A DNA stretch of 25,116 bases from Zygophlyctis sp. KS116 (taxonomy: Eukaryota > Fungi > Chytridiomycota). Below, one piece after another: positions 1 through 9,305 of the stretch. The translations under genes and the position numbers were made by a program. Positions within the stretch are counted from its first letter, which is position 1; each line of letters starts with the position of its first letter. The stretch lies in assembly GCA_054661495.1 (NCBI GenBank), contig BAAFSQ010000140.1, positions 1 through 25,116 on the forward strand, in the 5' to 3' direction. The notes beneath the pieces were generated by a model. That model was given only the letters and a program-made list of their open reading frames with translations. It had not been told where the DNA came from and did no database searches.

Positions 1-525
1 TAGTAAATATGCGGATTTTGGGGATTCCGATTTTGTAGATCCAGACTTAATAGAGTCAGACTTGGTAGAGTCAGACTATCAAGTAGATTCTTCAGTTGAA
101 ATTGGATCAATTGTATTTGTTGATTTAGCGTCGTGTAATGCTCAAAGCATTCTTTCTGTATCTTCTTTTCTAGTCACTCCTGATCCTCCTAAAGTGGGAC
201 AGAATTTAACTATTATTGCTAGTGGAATACTAAGTTCACCGATTGTAAATGGAGCTACTCTACATATTACTGTAAAACTAGGTTTTATCTCTTTACTTGA
301 TCAAACTCAGAATTTATGTGATCTTACAGGAGAAAATGGTATTAAATGTCCAATCAGTGTTGGTCAACATGATATTAAGGCTGGATTTCCAATTCCTGCT
401 ATTGCACCAAAGGTAATAATTTAGAAAAAATAATTCAAAAGCAAACTTATAAATTGCTATTAAGTGCAAAGAATCCTGATGGATCTGATATTCTATGTCT
501 GGCTGGTAGTATTAAATTAACTTGA
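1..525 (+). CDS. NPC2: ML-domain lipid transfer protein (NPC2 / PG-PI transfer protein), 5' partial; intron 413-441
   Basis: PDPPKVGQNLTI and NLCDL..KCPI motifs. Removing the 29-nt GT..AAG intron gives the C-terminus QTYKLLLSAKNPDGSDILCLAGSIKLT*. The frame is open to the left window edge. Confidence 0.85.
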
Positions 526-565
526 ATATTTTAGCTATTGAGTGAGTTTGAGGCGAGGAGTTGTA

Positions 566-2656
566 ATGAGCAAAATACTTGTTGGTCATCGTTTAAAGAT
601 TTGGAAAGATCAATTAAGAGGAAGGGAAATTGATAAGATCAGGATTAAATTTGGCGATGAATCTATAATGGTTGCTAGAAATTTAACTCGTCCGATGGAT
701 TTGAAAAAAGTTACCAAAGGTTTAACGGCAAAGATTGATAATCAGTTATGGGATATGGGAAAGCCTTTTGATAGAGATTGTAATTTGGAAATTGTTCCTG
801 AAGAGCATGCAATGCAATCAGAATATGCTGCATTACTTGGAAACTCTGGAGCAGTCTTGTTGGGAAGCGCATTGGAAAAAACACATCCAGATCTTGTTTT
901 GGGATCAGAAAGTAAGGATGTAAATCCATTTTATTTGGATCTCGGTCTTTATCAGCCTAAAGATTTAAAGCATTTAAATAGGAAACAATTGATTAATTTG
1001 TCAAACTTTGCACAGCAACTAGGAAAAGAATGTTTACCGTTTGAAAGAATGGATGTTGAAGTTGATGTCGCAAAGGAAATATTTAGATATTCGCCTCTAA
1101 AAAGTTCAATTTTGTCGAAAATGGATGGTTTAATTCCATTAGTTAAACTTGGAAACTTTATTGATATTTCAAATGGGCCATTGGTTGCGCATTCTGGGCA
1201 AGTTTCTGCTGTAAGATGTCTCGAATCAAGTGCTGCAATATTTAAAGCAGATTCAGGAGATATAAATGTGAATAGACTTCATTCAGTAGCATTTCCTACA
1301 CAAGAATCATTACAAAAATGGCTCAATAATAAAGAGAGTATGGTCAAATTAGATCATCGCCATATTGGAAAAGAGCAAAAGCTATTTTATATGCATCCTT
1401 TATCTCCAGGTTCTATTTTTATGCTGCCTCATGGTGTTCGAATTGTCAATAGACTGCTAGAATATTTAAGAAGTCAGTACCGCACTTTTGGATATCATGA
1501 AGTTATTTCTCCCCTTTTATTTAATAAGGCGTTATGGGAATGTTCAGGTCATTGGGAAAATTATAAAGAAGATATGTTTATGATTAATCAAATTGAACAG
1601 TCTTTGGGTACTGAAGTATCTGAAAATCTTGAAATGGGATTAAAGCCCATGAATTGCCCTGGCCATTGTCTTATATATGGGAGTGAAAGTCGTTCCTATC
1701 GTGATTTGCCTCTTCGTTATGCTGACTTTAGTCCTCTTCATAGGTATAGACATATTCAAAAAACTAAAAATAGGAATGAAGAAACAGGGGCTTTAACAGG
1801 ATTAACGAGAGTCCGTAAATTTCATCAAGATGATGGTCATATTTTCTGTCGAGCTGACCAGATTGAGCAGGAAATATCTGCAACTTTAGAATTTGTTCAA
1901 AAAGTGTATTCTATTCTAGGATTTCCAAGTCTCAAATTTTGTTTATCTACTCGCCCTCAAAAATACATGGGTAAACTTCAGGACTGGACAAATGCCGAAA
2001 CAGCTCTAGTGTCTGCATTGAAAAAAAACAATATTGATTATTCTATTAATGAAGGAGATGGTGCATTTTATGGACCAAAGATTGATATACTTGTAAAGGA
2101 TTCATTTGGAAAAAGCCACCAAACTGCCACTGTGCAGCTTGATTTCCAGCTACCCGAGCGTTTTAATCTTGAATTCACAAATAAGCAGGACAGTTTGGAG
2201 AGACCCATAATAATTCATCGTGCTGTGCTGGGATCATTGGAGAGAATGATGGCTATTTTAATCGAGCATTATCAGGGCAAATGGCCGTTTTGGCTATCAC
2301 CACGTCAAGGACTAGTAATGTCAGTTGGTGAAGAATTTAATAATTATGCAGTCGAAGTTGCTAATTTTCTTTCGACAAATGGAAGTTTTTCTGGAGAAAT
2401 TATTACAGGATTACCAGATCGATCAACCAGTGAATATTATTTCATTGATACTGATATTTCTGAAAGAACATTGAAAAAGAAGGTTCATGAAGCGCAATCT
2501 CGAGCATATAACTTTATGATCATTGTAGGAAAGGAAGAGTATACATCAAAAACAGTTTCTATTCGAGCACGCGGCATGGGTAATTCCGAGGTGAAAAAGT
2601 TATCACTGATTGATGCATTGTCATATTTCAAAGAACAGTTTAATAAAAAAGCTTGA
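566..2656 (+). CDS. TARS2: Threonyl-tRNA synthetase, probably mitochondrial; in-frame 30-nt intron 1744-1773
   Basis: KPMNCPGHC, GLTRVRKFHQDDGHIFC, GAFYGPKID and HRAVLGSLER motifs. Splicing restores the conserved LHRNE. First ATG is at 566. Compartment is inferred. Confidence 0.93.
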   Translation: MSKILVGHRLKIWKDQLRGREIDKIRIKFGDESIMVARNLTRPMDLKKVTKGLTAKIDNQLWDMGKPFDRDCNLEIVPEEHAMQSEYAALLGNSGAVLLGSALEKTHPDLVLGSESKDVNPFYLDLGLYQPKDLKHLNRKQLINLSNFAQQLGKECLPFERMDVEVDVAKEIFRYSPLKSSILSKMDGLIPLVKLGNFIDISNGPLVAHSGQVSAVRCLESSAAIFKADSGDINVNRLHSVAFPTQESLQKWLNNKESMVKLDHRHIGKEQKLFYMHPLSPGSIFMLPHGVRIVNRLLEYLRSQYRTFGYHEVISPLLFNKALWECSGHWENYKEDMFMINQIEQSLGTEVSENLEMGLKPMNCPGHCLIYGSESRSYRDLPLRYADFSPLHRYRHIQKTKNRNEETGALTGLTRVRKFHQDDGHIFCRADQIEQEISATLEFVQKVYSILGFPSLKFCLSTRPQKYMGKLQDWTNAETALVSALKKNNIDYSINEGDGAFYGPKIDILVKDSFGKSHQTATVQLDFQLPERFNLEFTNKQDSLERPIIIHRAVLGSLERMMAILIEHYQGKWPFWLSPRQGLVMSVGEEFNNYAVEVANFLSTNGSFSGEIITGLPDRSTSEYYFIDTDISERTLKKKVHEAQSRAYNFMIIVGKEEYTSKTVSIRARGMGNSEVKKLSLIDALSYFKEQFNKKA

Positions 2657-2789
2657 TCATATTATCTCTTGACGCAAGCTTTAATCTTAGCAAGATGTCC
2701 TGGTCAAGGGCACAATTATTCCCACAATTTCTCTAAAATAAAAACCGCAGCAAATTGTTGTAAATAAACGCGCATTTCTTATTTTCGGT

Positions 2790-2974
2790 ATCCTCTCTTG
2801 CCTATTGGCTAAGATCAAGTGTAGTATCTGTTCTATTCAGTGTAACAACTGAATTTTCTGGCATAGCCAGAAGAGTTGTTAAACTTATTTTTGTGATTTG
2901 CTTGATGACGATGTGCTTGCACTAGTCTCTTGCACCGGTGTCCTCAGTCTCGCACTACCTCTGAGTGACGCCAA
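2790..2974 (+). ncRNA. U2: U2 spliceosomal snRNA
   Basis: GGCTAAGATCAAGTGTAGTATCTGTTCT core with the branch-recognition GTAGTA at 2821-2826. Stem IIa TTCAGT..ACTGAA, hairpin TTCTGGC-ATA-GCCAGAA, Sm site ATTTTTG near 2887-2893, and 3' hairpin CTCAG..CTGAG with a GCAC loop. Confidence 0.96.
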
Positions 2975-3089
2975 GACCATTTCTTTAGTCTAAATAACCC
3001 TAAACCTAAACATGACTTCATTTTGAATCTTTTCTTTATAGTATCGGACATGTGTTATATAGGACAAAATAAATTTATTTGTAAAAATT

Positions 3090-3671
3090 CTATAAAAGTC
3101 TCCAATTTTTATGATTTAAATTGATAAAATCTTTTTCTGATGCTATTCGGACCAAATACTTTTCTAAATATTCCAATTCATGATCTTGTTGATAAACTTT
3201 AAATGGTGAAATCTTTAATCCCTGATCAGGATTTAGACTAAAATTCCCTTGATTATCATCTACATGAATTGTATTATGAGCATTAAAATTTTTGAATTGA
3301 TTCCAAATAATTTCTAATGCCTTGACTGAAACTTTCCTCCCATCATTTGCTTTAATTTTGAAAATAAAACTCTTGTCCAAAACAGCAATAATTTTATACT
3401 GAGTATTCAATAACCCGATCGCCTGTAATTTCATAGTCAGAAACTTTATTGGATTATTTGACCAGATAATAATATCATAATATTCTCCAACTTTTACCAA
3501 GAAATCATGTAAGCCTGGTCTTAACTTTTGCGATAATTGCTCAACTTGCGCATTCCCATCCCATAATGTATAATCTAGATCTAAAACCAGCAACTTCTTT
3601 CCTGGTCTTGGGGGAGAAATCAGGGGAATTGGCAATTCTCTAATTGCACTCAACAAATTCTCTTTTGACAT
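3090..3671 (-). CDS. UBLCP1: FCP/SCP (NIF) HAD phosphatase, UBLCP1-like, without the ubiquitin-like domain
   Basis: PRPGKKLLVLDLDYTL, RPGLHDFL, YDIIIWS and NTIHVDD motifs. Confidence 0.8.
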   Translation of the reverse strand: MSKENLLSAIRELPIPLISPPRPGKKLLVLDLDYTLWDGNAQVEQLSQKLRPGLHDFLVKVGEYYDIIIWSNNPIKFLTMKLQAIGLLNTQYKIIAVLDKSFIFKIKANDGRKVSVKALEIIWNQFKNFNAHNTIHVDDNQGNFSLNPDQGLKISPFKVYQQDHELEYLEKYLVRIASEKDFINLNHKNWRLL

Positions 3672-3679
3672 CAAATTTG

Positions 3680-4996
3680 ATGAGAGTTAAACTAGATAAT
3701 AGTGAATTTGGGATTCCCAACTGTTGGTATAACATTACTAGAAAGCATTCAAGGATAGAGGATCTGATTTCTGATCTGACCATCAAGTTTGATTTGCCTG
3801 AAATTCAATTGGAAATTGATGGTTTTTTACTCTTGGAGAATGAATTGACTCTAGATCTGCTCAGAGAAAATGATCTCATAAGTGTCATTCATAAATCTAG
3901 GAAAAGATTATGTACTTTAAAGGCAGTAGAGAAGGGATCGGGAGAGAATGCAATGAGTTTAGAGTCTGGAAAAGTGGATGGTTCTGATTTGAAAGAATTA
4001 AAACCAGGTGTTGTATCTAGGACCTTTTTAGAGTCTGAATCATCATCAGAAGGTTCATCAGATTCATCAGAAGGTTCATCAGATTCATCAGATCAGGTTG
4101 AAAATTCAAAAAAAATAGTCGAGTCAGTTAAAGAATCAGATGATTCAAGCTCAGATAGTGATTCAGAGTCTAGTGGTTCTTCAGGTTCTGTATCAGAAAG
4201 TGATCAGGAATCATCAGTGGATTCTGCTAAAACAGTTACGCAAGATGTAACGGTTCCACCAGTCATGTCATATTATATAAATCCTCCAATGTCTTTAGTC
4301 GGGAAGAATAAAAGAAAATTGGTTCCAAAAATGTTGAATCAGGAGAGAGTGCATCTGCATTTTGAAGGAATAGAAAAGTCTACAGTTCAAGGAGATAATA
4401 AGGCTCAGGAAGAGGAGATTAAGGCTCCGGATAATGTGGTATTCTCAACAGTTAGATTATATGATGATGAACCTAGTGTGCAGCATTTATCAGCATCTCA
4501 GAAAAGAAGAATTCGTCGTAAAAAGGCACAAATATACAAGACACTAGAATCTCTAAATAATTTCAATGATAAAGATGATGGGGGGATTCCTAAAGAACAG
4601 GGTTTAGAATTACAACAGTCTATTACAAATATTTCTCAAAATGATGAATCTCAAAATAATAATAACAGGGGTTCTGGTATTACTAATATTTCAGAATTAA
4701 TTCCTGGAAAGAAGATTGCGTATCAAATCTTGGAAATGTCTTTTTCTTATCAACCTGAAATTTCTGGTTATATGGAAGCTATAGTAATGGCAATAGACTA
4801 TTTAAACAAAATGGTAACTCTAAAAAGTCTTGAAACAATTCAACAAGAAGCTTCAATGGAAGAAGTAGATGGACAGGAAACTCCTTTTCGTAAATTTGAA
4901 TTACCGCCAGATGATGATTATACTCCTATGGCACCTCAAAATGAAGTATTCATAGTTTGTTTTAATGATTTGATTTCAGTAAAAATACTCGAATAA
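3680..4996 (+). CDS. COIL: Coilin-like Cajal body protein
   Basis: N-terminal MRVKL..IEDLI..LEIDGFLL..LLRENDLISV (coilin N-domain pattern), an acidic Ser-rich middle and a basic patch KRRIRRKK. The C-terminal GKKIAYQILEMSFSYQPEISGYMEA matches the coilin Tudor-like motif. Confidence 0.75.
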   Translation: MRVKLDNSEFGIPNCWYNITRKHSRIEDLISDLTIKFDLPEIQLEIDGFLLLENELTLDLLRENDLISVIHKSRKRLCTLKAVEKGSGENAMSLESGKVDGSDLKELKPGVVSRTFLESESSSEGSSDSSEGSSDSSDQVENSKKIVESVKESDDSSSDSDSESSGSSGSVSESDQESSVDSAKTVTQDVTVPPVMSYYINPPMSLVGKNKRKLVPKMLNQERVHLHFEGIEKSTVQGDNKAQEEEIKAPDNVVFSTVRLYDDEPSVQHLSASQKRRIRRKKAQIYKTLESLNNFNDKDDGGIPKEQGLELQQSITNISQNDESQNNNNRGSGITNISELIPGKKIAYQILEMSFSYQPEISGYMEAIVMAIDYLNKMVTLKSLETIQQEASMEEVDGQETPFRKFELPPDDDYTPMAPQNEVFIVCFNDLISVKILE

Positions 4997-5006
4997 AAAA
5001 ACCATA

Positions 5007-5906
5007 TTAATGATTTAGAGGATTCTTGATTCTGTCGTTTCTGAGCCATGTGAGAAATTTTGAAATTCTTTCTTGAGATGCAAGAGACCTTTTTTTATTA
5101 TCATCTTTTGACTTGAATGAGCTGAAAATAAAATAAAATTGAAATAATAAAATAGCTTGAAACATATCCCAAAAAGTGAAATTTGGCCATAAAACTGGAG
5201 TAAAATAAATTAAACATGCTTCAGAAGCCTGCCAAAGCATATAATCACTTAATCTAATTTCTCCCGATGTTCTAATCAACATTTGAAGAGGAGGAAGATC
5301 ACCAGAAAAAAGAGATTCAGAGATTAGATCATCATCAATATCATTTAATTCCAGCAATCCTTCTTGATATCCTTCTTTAATATCATTCATCGCAGTCACT
5401 ATTTCATGACTAGAAGTGTAAGGACAGCAAATATTTAGGACTGCCTTATTATTATTCCTTGTTGCATTCATTGCTTTTACAGCAGCAAGCTGGACAGCTT
5501 TTGGCAACATTTTTAGGGATCCTGAAACTCTGATACGAATCCCTAATCTATCCACTAATGAACTGATTTTAATAAAAAGATGATTCACCTATGCTTTGAG
5601 AATTCTTCGAATTTTGTTCTTGCGAGTTCCATTAAATCTTGAACTTCTTCAGGTTTTCTATTAAAGTTTTCTATACTAAATGCATAAACTGAAACTGCCC
5701 TGACTCCTAATTTTAAGCATATATCTAAAATCTTAATTTTGAAAAATCATTAAAATTACATTTTCCAATTGATTGAATCCTGCTGCATGACCCATTGATG
5801 TTTGAATAGAATTAATTTTTGCATACCTTCTATTCCCATCCATGATAAATGCAATGTGTTCTGGTATAATACCCCATTTTATGCAAGAAATAGCAAGTGA
5901 TTGCAT
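5007..5906 (-). CDS. RER2: cis-prenyltransferase (dehydrodolichyl diphosphate synthase catalytic subunit); introns 5732-5759, 5563-5588
   Basis: [26 protein letters not shown] and [16 protein letters not shown] motifs. An alternative upstream ATG at 5996 overlaps the kinase CDS. Confidence 0.92.
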
Positions 5907-5922
5907 CCAATTTTTAAAAGTT

Positions 5923-7006
5923 TCAAGTAAATTTTTCTTGCAACCAGTTGTCAACTTTAGAGTCGTCTTCTTCTGTCCATTCCAACCATTTTTCATTTAA
6001 TAATTGATCTATATCAGGTCTTTGAGATGGATCTTTTTGTAGACTATGTACATTAATAAAAAAAATTACCATTTAGATATAAAACCACGACAATCATTCG
6101 ACACTCTTGCTGAAGTTAATGGTATTGGTTCTAAGCATATTGCATTAAACAATGCAAAAATAGAATCAAGATTCTTGAAAGGATATTCTCCAGATGCTAT
6201 TTCCAATGCACAGATTCCTAAACTGAAGACATCAGAGACTGATAACGATTCAACTTGATCAGCTAGAACACGTTCAGGAGCCATATACGCCATAGATCCA
6301 ACATCTATAAGTCCCTTTTTGGCTTTGAACCGATCACTTAATTTTCTTGATACTCCAAAATCACCTACCAATCATATCAAATTATAATTTACATAATTTA
6401 ACTATTCCAGCCTTTGACAATAGAATATTTGAAGGCTTAATATCCCCATGAATAATTTCTAGTGTATCCTTGAGATAATTTAATCCTCTCAATACGCTGA
6501 ATATAATCAGTTTAAGAACAGCTTCTGAGATTCCTGAGCTGATCAATGAATCAATCGATGCATCCATTAATTCTATACAAAAGTAAACCTTTGATTCTCT
6601 AAAAAATGCACAGTAGAAATCAATAATATACGGACTTTTAGAAGATGTTAGAATATGTAATTCAATTTGAATTTGCCGCAATGAAAGCTCATCAGAATGG
6701 AATTGAATTTCTTTAAATGCCTAATCATAAAATCTATAGTTTTACCATTGATTGCCTTGTTGGCCGATGATATACTTTATATACTGATGCATAATTCCCC
6801 TTTCCCAATATCTCTAATTTCAGAAATTCATTAAACGATTTAGTTTCGCTCTTTGAGTTTCCATACCAAGTTTCGGACAAGAACGTTCCATTGAGTTTGA
6901 GTCCTAAAAAAGGATCAATTAATGATGATAACTCAGGAGAAATAAGAGATTCATAATCATTAGTTATTGGAGTTGTTTTTATTGCAAGTCCACAAGGATT
7001 CTTCAT
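5923..7006 (-). CDS. STE7/MAP2K-family (Pbs2-like) protein kinase; introns 6721-6745, 6365-6392, 6044-6069
   Basis: GKGNYASV, SPYIIDFY, HGDIKPSNIL, KLCDFGVS (formed by splicing), YMAPER and CLQKDPSQRP. The start could be 7006 or 7036. Confidence 0.85.
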
Positions 7007-7020
7007 GGAAAAAGCCTGTG

Positions 7021-8062
7021 TTAAACAATCTGCCATGCAGCTTTTCTTAATCTATTCATGATTCCCAATCCTATATCTTTTTCTGATATTCCTTGAACAA
7101 AAAGTGCAGATAAATCTTGACTTTCCATATATAAAAGTCCATTAAAAAGACCTTGAGCTATTTCAGTTGGAGAGTCTCCTAAATGCAAATGAACTACTTG
7201 CAAATCATTAGATTTAAAATCTATAGATTGATTTGTACTTAGTATTCCTATTCTTTTTCCTTTATAAGTTGAATAAAATTCTTGTAATTTTTGAGACTGA
7301 TTTCCATTTTTTTCTAATAAAATCACTGGAACATTTGGAGTATAATGTCTATAATCAATCTTCAATTTAAACTTACTTATACTTCATTCCTGGAGTTGTC
7401 GGAATTTCAGGATTAGATTTCCATGCCATTGTTATTCTAGAATCAAATTTAGACAGATCCTCTAAACTCACACCACCAGGTCTTAAAATCACTGGTGGAT
7501 CTAGTAATCCATTGACTACAGTTGATTCTATCCCACAAACACAAGGACCTCCATCTAGAATCAAAGGTATTTTACCTTTTAAATCATTATAAACATGCAA
7601 TGCAAGAGTTGGAGAAGGCCTTCCAGAAGTATTAGCCGACGGAGCAGCCAAAGGAAATCCACAAGATTCAATTAATTCAATGGTCCATGGATTTGAAGGC
7701 ATTCTAATAGCCATGACATCTGATCCACCAGTGACAATCGACGGAAGTAAATCTGATTTTGGAAATAGCAGAGTTAGAGGTCCTGGCCAAAATTCCTTGA
7801 CAAGTGACTCATAAAAGGATGATAATGCAGGTTCCTTTAATAGTTTATAAAGCATTTCCAGAGATGAAATATGAATAATAAGAGGATTATCAGACGGTCT
7901 TCCTTTTGCTTGATAAATTTTAGAAATTGCTGATGAATCAAGTGCATTAGCAGCTAGTCCATACACAGTTTCAGTAGGAATAGCAACAACCTCTCCCCTT
8001 CTAAGATATTCCTTTGCTAGATCGATCGAATTTGAATTTGCAGTTGAAATTTGAGTTTCCAT
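7021..8062 (-). CDS. SUA5: Threonylcarbamoyl-AMP synthase Sua5; intron 7349-7376
   Basis: PTETVYGL, KGRPSDNPLIIH and APSANTSGRPSPT. Splicing restores PGMKYKHYTP. C-terminal IMNRLRKAA. Confidence 0.95.
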
Positions 8063-8159
8063 TAAAAACACAGTCACAACCACTATTTTTTGTTTTAAAA
8101 TAGTATTTAACAGTCTGCCTTGGATTCAAAATGTCAAAAAGACTCAAGATTCAAGATAA

Positions 8160-8411
8160 AAGAGATATCGCATCTATGGCGGTGTTGCTCGGTTTGTCTT
8201 TAATACTGATTCAGATCCTATTGTTGGGGCGTTGGCAGACGCTGATGCTGTTCATGGTTTTCATAAAATTGGTATGGTCACAAGTATATTTTATACATCT
8301 CATACATTACTACACATTATTGTGTCAAGCGATGGAACATTTAAGTTTCTTCACGTTGATGTCGCTTCCCAATATATCGGTGAAGAATTTTTGAACTTTA
8401 TGAGAATATAG
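8160..8411 (+). pseudogene. Fragment of a Crinkler (CRN)/RHS-like protein, in a frame absent from the ORF track
   Basis: Translates KRYRIYGGVARFVFNTDSDPIVGALADADAVHGFHKIGMVTSIFYTSHTLLHIIVSSDGTFKFLHVDVASQYIGEEFLNFMRI*. It is bounded upstream by TAA at 8157-8159 and has no start codon at its 5' end. Family recalled from the YGGVARFV / SHTLLHI / VASQY pattern. Confidence 0.6.
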
Positions 8412-8529
8412 ATTAGATTATATTTTAGAATTGATAGCATTAAGAACGGTTACAGTAATATTTGAGATTTCTGTGCTTTTATTTGATAAATCTCACGATT
8501 GTTTCTAACTTTAAAGGTTAGACACTGGG

Positions 8530-9186
8530 ATGGAGACTAACATTCTTGATTTACCGACAGAAATGAAATGGGAAACTATCAAATATTTAAATCTCAAAAC
8601 TGCTCTTAAATATTGTATTGTATTAAAACTACCGAGAGAAATCGCTTATAGAAATCATATTTTGGAAATTGAAATAATTGATATTTGGCAATGGGTGAAT
8701 TCAATTCAAGTCAAAACAGATTCTAATCCTAAATATTTTGAAGCTTTATTACAAAATTCAAACTGGAAACATTATTTCGGACAAGAAGAAACGTTTACAT
8801 TAGCTGCTGGATTTGGTCTAATTCAAAAGGTAAAACAACTTTTACAAGATTCAAAAGTTGATCCATCTTGTTTTTATAATTTTCCAATTATTCTATCTAG
8901 TAAAAATGCAAGACTAGAAGTAGTACAATTATTATTGGATGATAAAAGAGTTGATCCTTCAGATAGATTTAATAGTGCACTCAGACTAGCATGTGAAAAT
9001 GGACATTTATCAATTGTAAATTTATTATTACAAAATGACAATGTTGATCCATCGGATTTGAATAATTCTGCTATAAAGGCAGCATTAAGTAATAAGCATT
9101 TAGAAATAGTAAACAGACTTTTACAAGATTCGAGGATTAGATTGGACGGATTACAAGATTTATTGGAAATTGATTCTATAGAGTAG
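8530..9186 (+). CDS. Ankyrin-repeat protein with an F-box-like N-terminus, intronless
   Basis: ILDLPTEMKWETIKYL resembles an F-box start. About 4 repeats of the LLLxDxRVDPS..NSALRLACENGH type. Confidence 0.85.
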   Translation: METNILDLPTEMKWETIKYLNLKTALKYCIVLKLPREIAYRNHILEIEIIDIWQWVNSIQVKTDSNPKYFEALLQNSNWKHYFGQEETFTLAAGFGLIQKVKQLLQDSKVDPSCFYNFPIILSSKNARLEVVQLLLDDKRVDPSDRFNSALRLACENGHLSIVNLLLQNDNVDPSDLNNSAIKAALSNKHLEIVNRLLQDSRIRLDGLQDLLEIDSIE

Positions 9187-9305
9187 AATTCAATCGCTTT
9201 GCTCTAGTAAATACAATAGCATATTAATCTTGAGACTCACCACTGAAACTAAAACTAAATAGTCACGAATCTCAAATTGTCCGGGCGGTCGAATCTTTTG
9301 ATTAA

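Noticed and set aside
4040-4095. 21-nt tandem duplication (TCATCAGAAGGTTCATCAGAT)
   Set aside because: In-frame coding repeat in coilin's Ser/acidic tract, not a CRISPR or mobile element.
8071-8078. CAGTCACA (fission-yeast HomolD-like box) near the SUA5 start
   Set aside because: A single 8-mer only 8 nt from the ATG, so chance cannot be excluded.
8131-8394. 87-aa hydrophobic ORF from the track
   Set aside because: No recognisable motif. The overlapping alternative frame (8160-8411) carries the protein-like signal.
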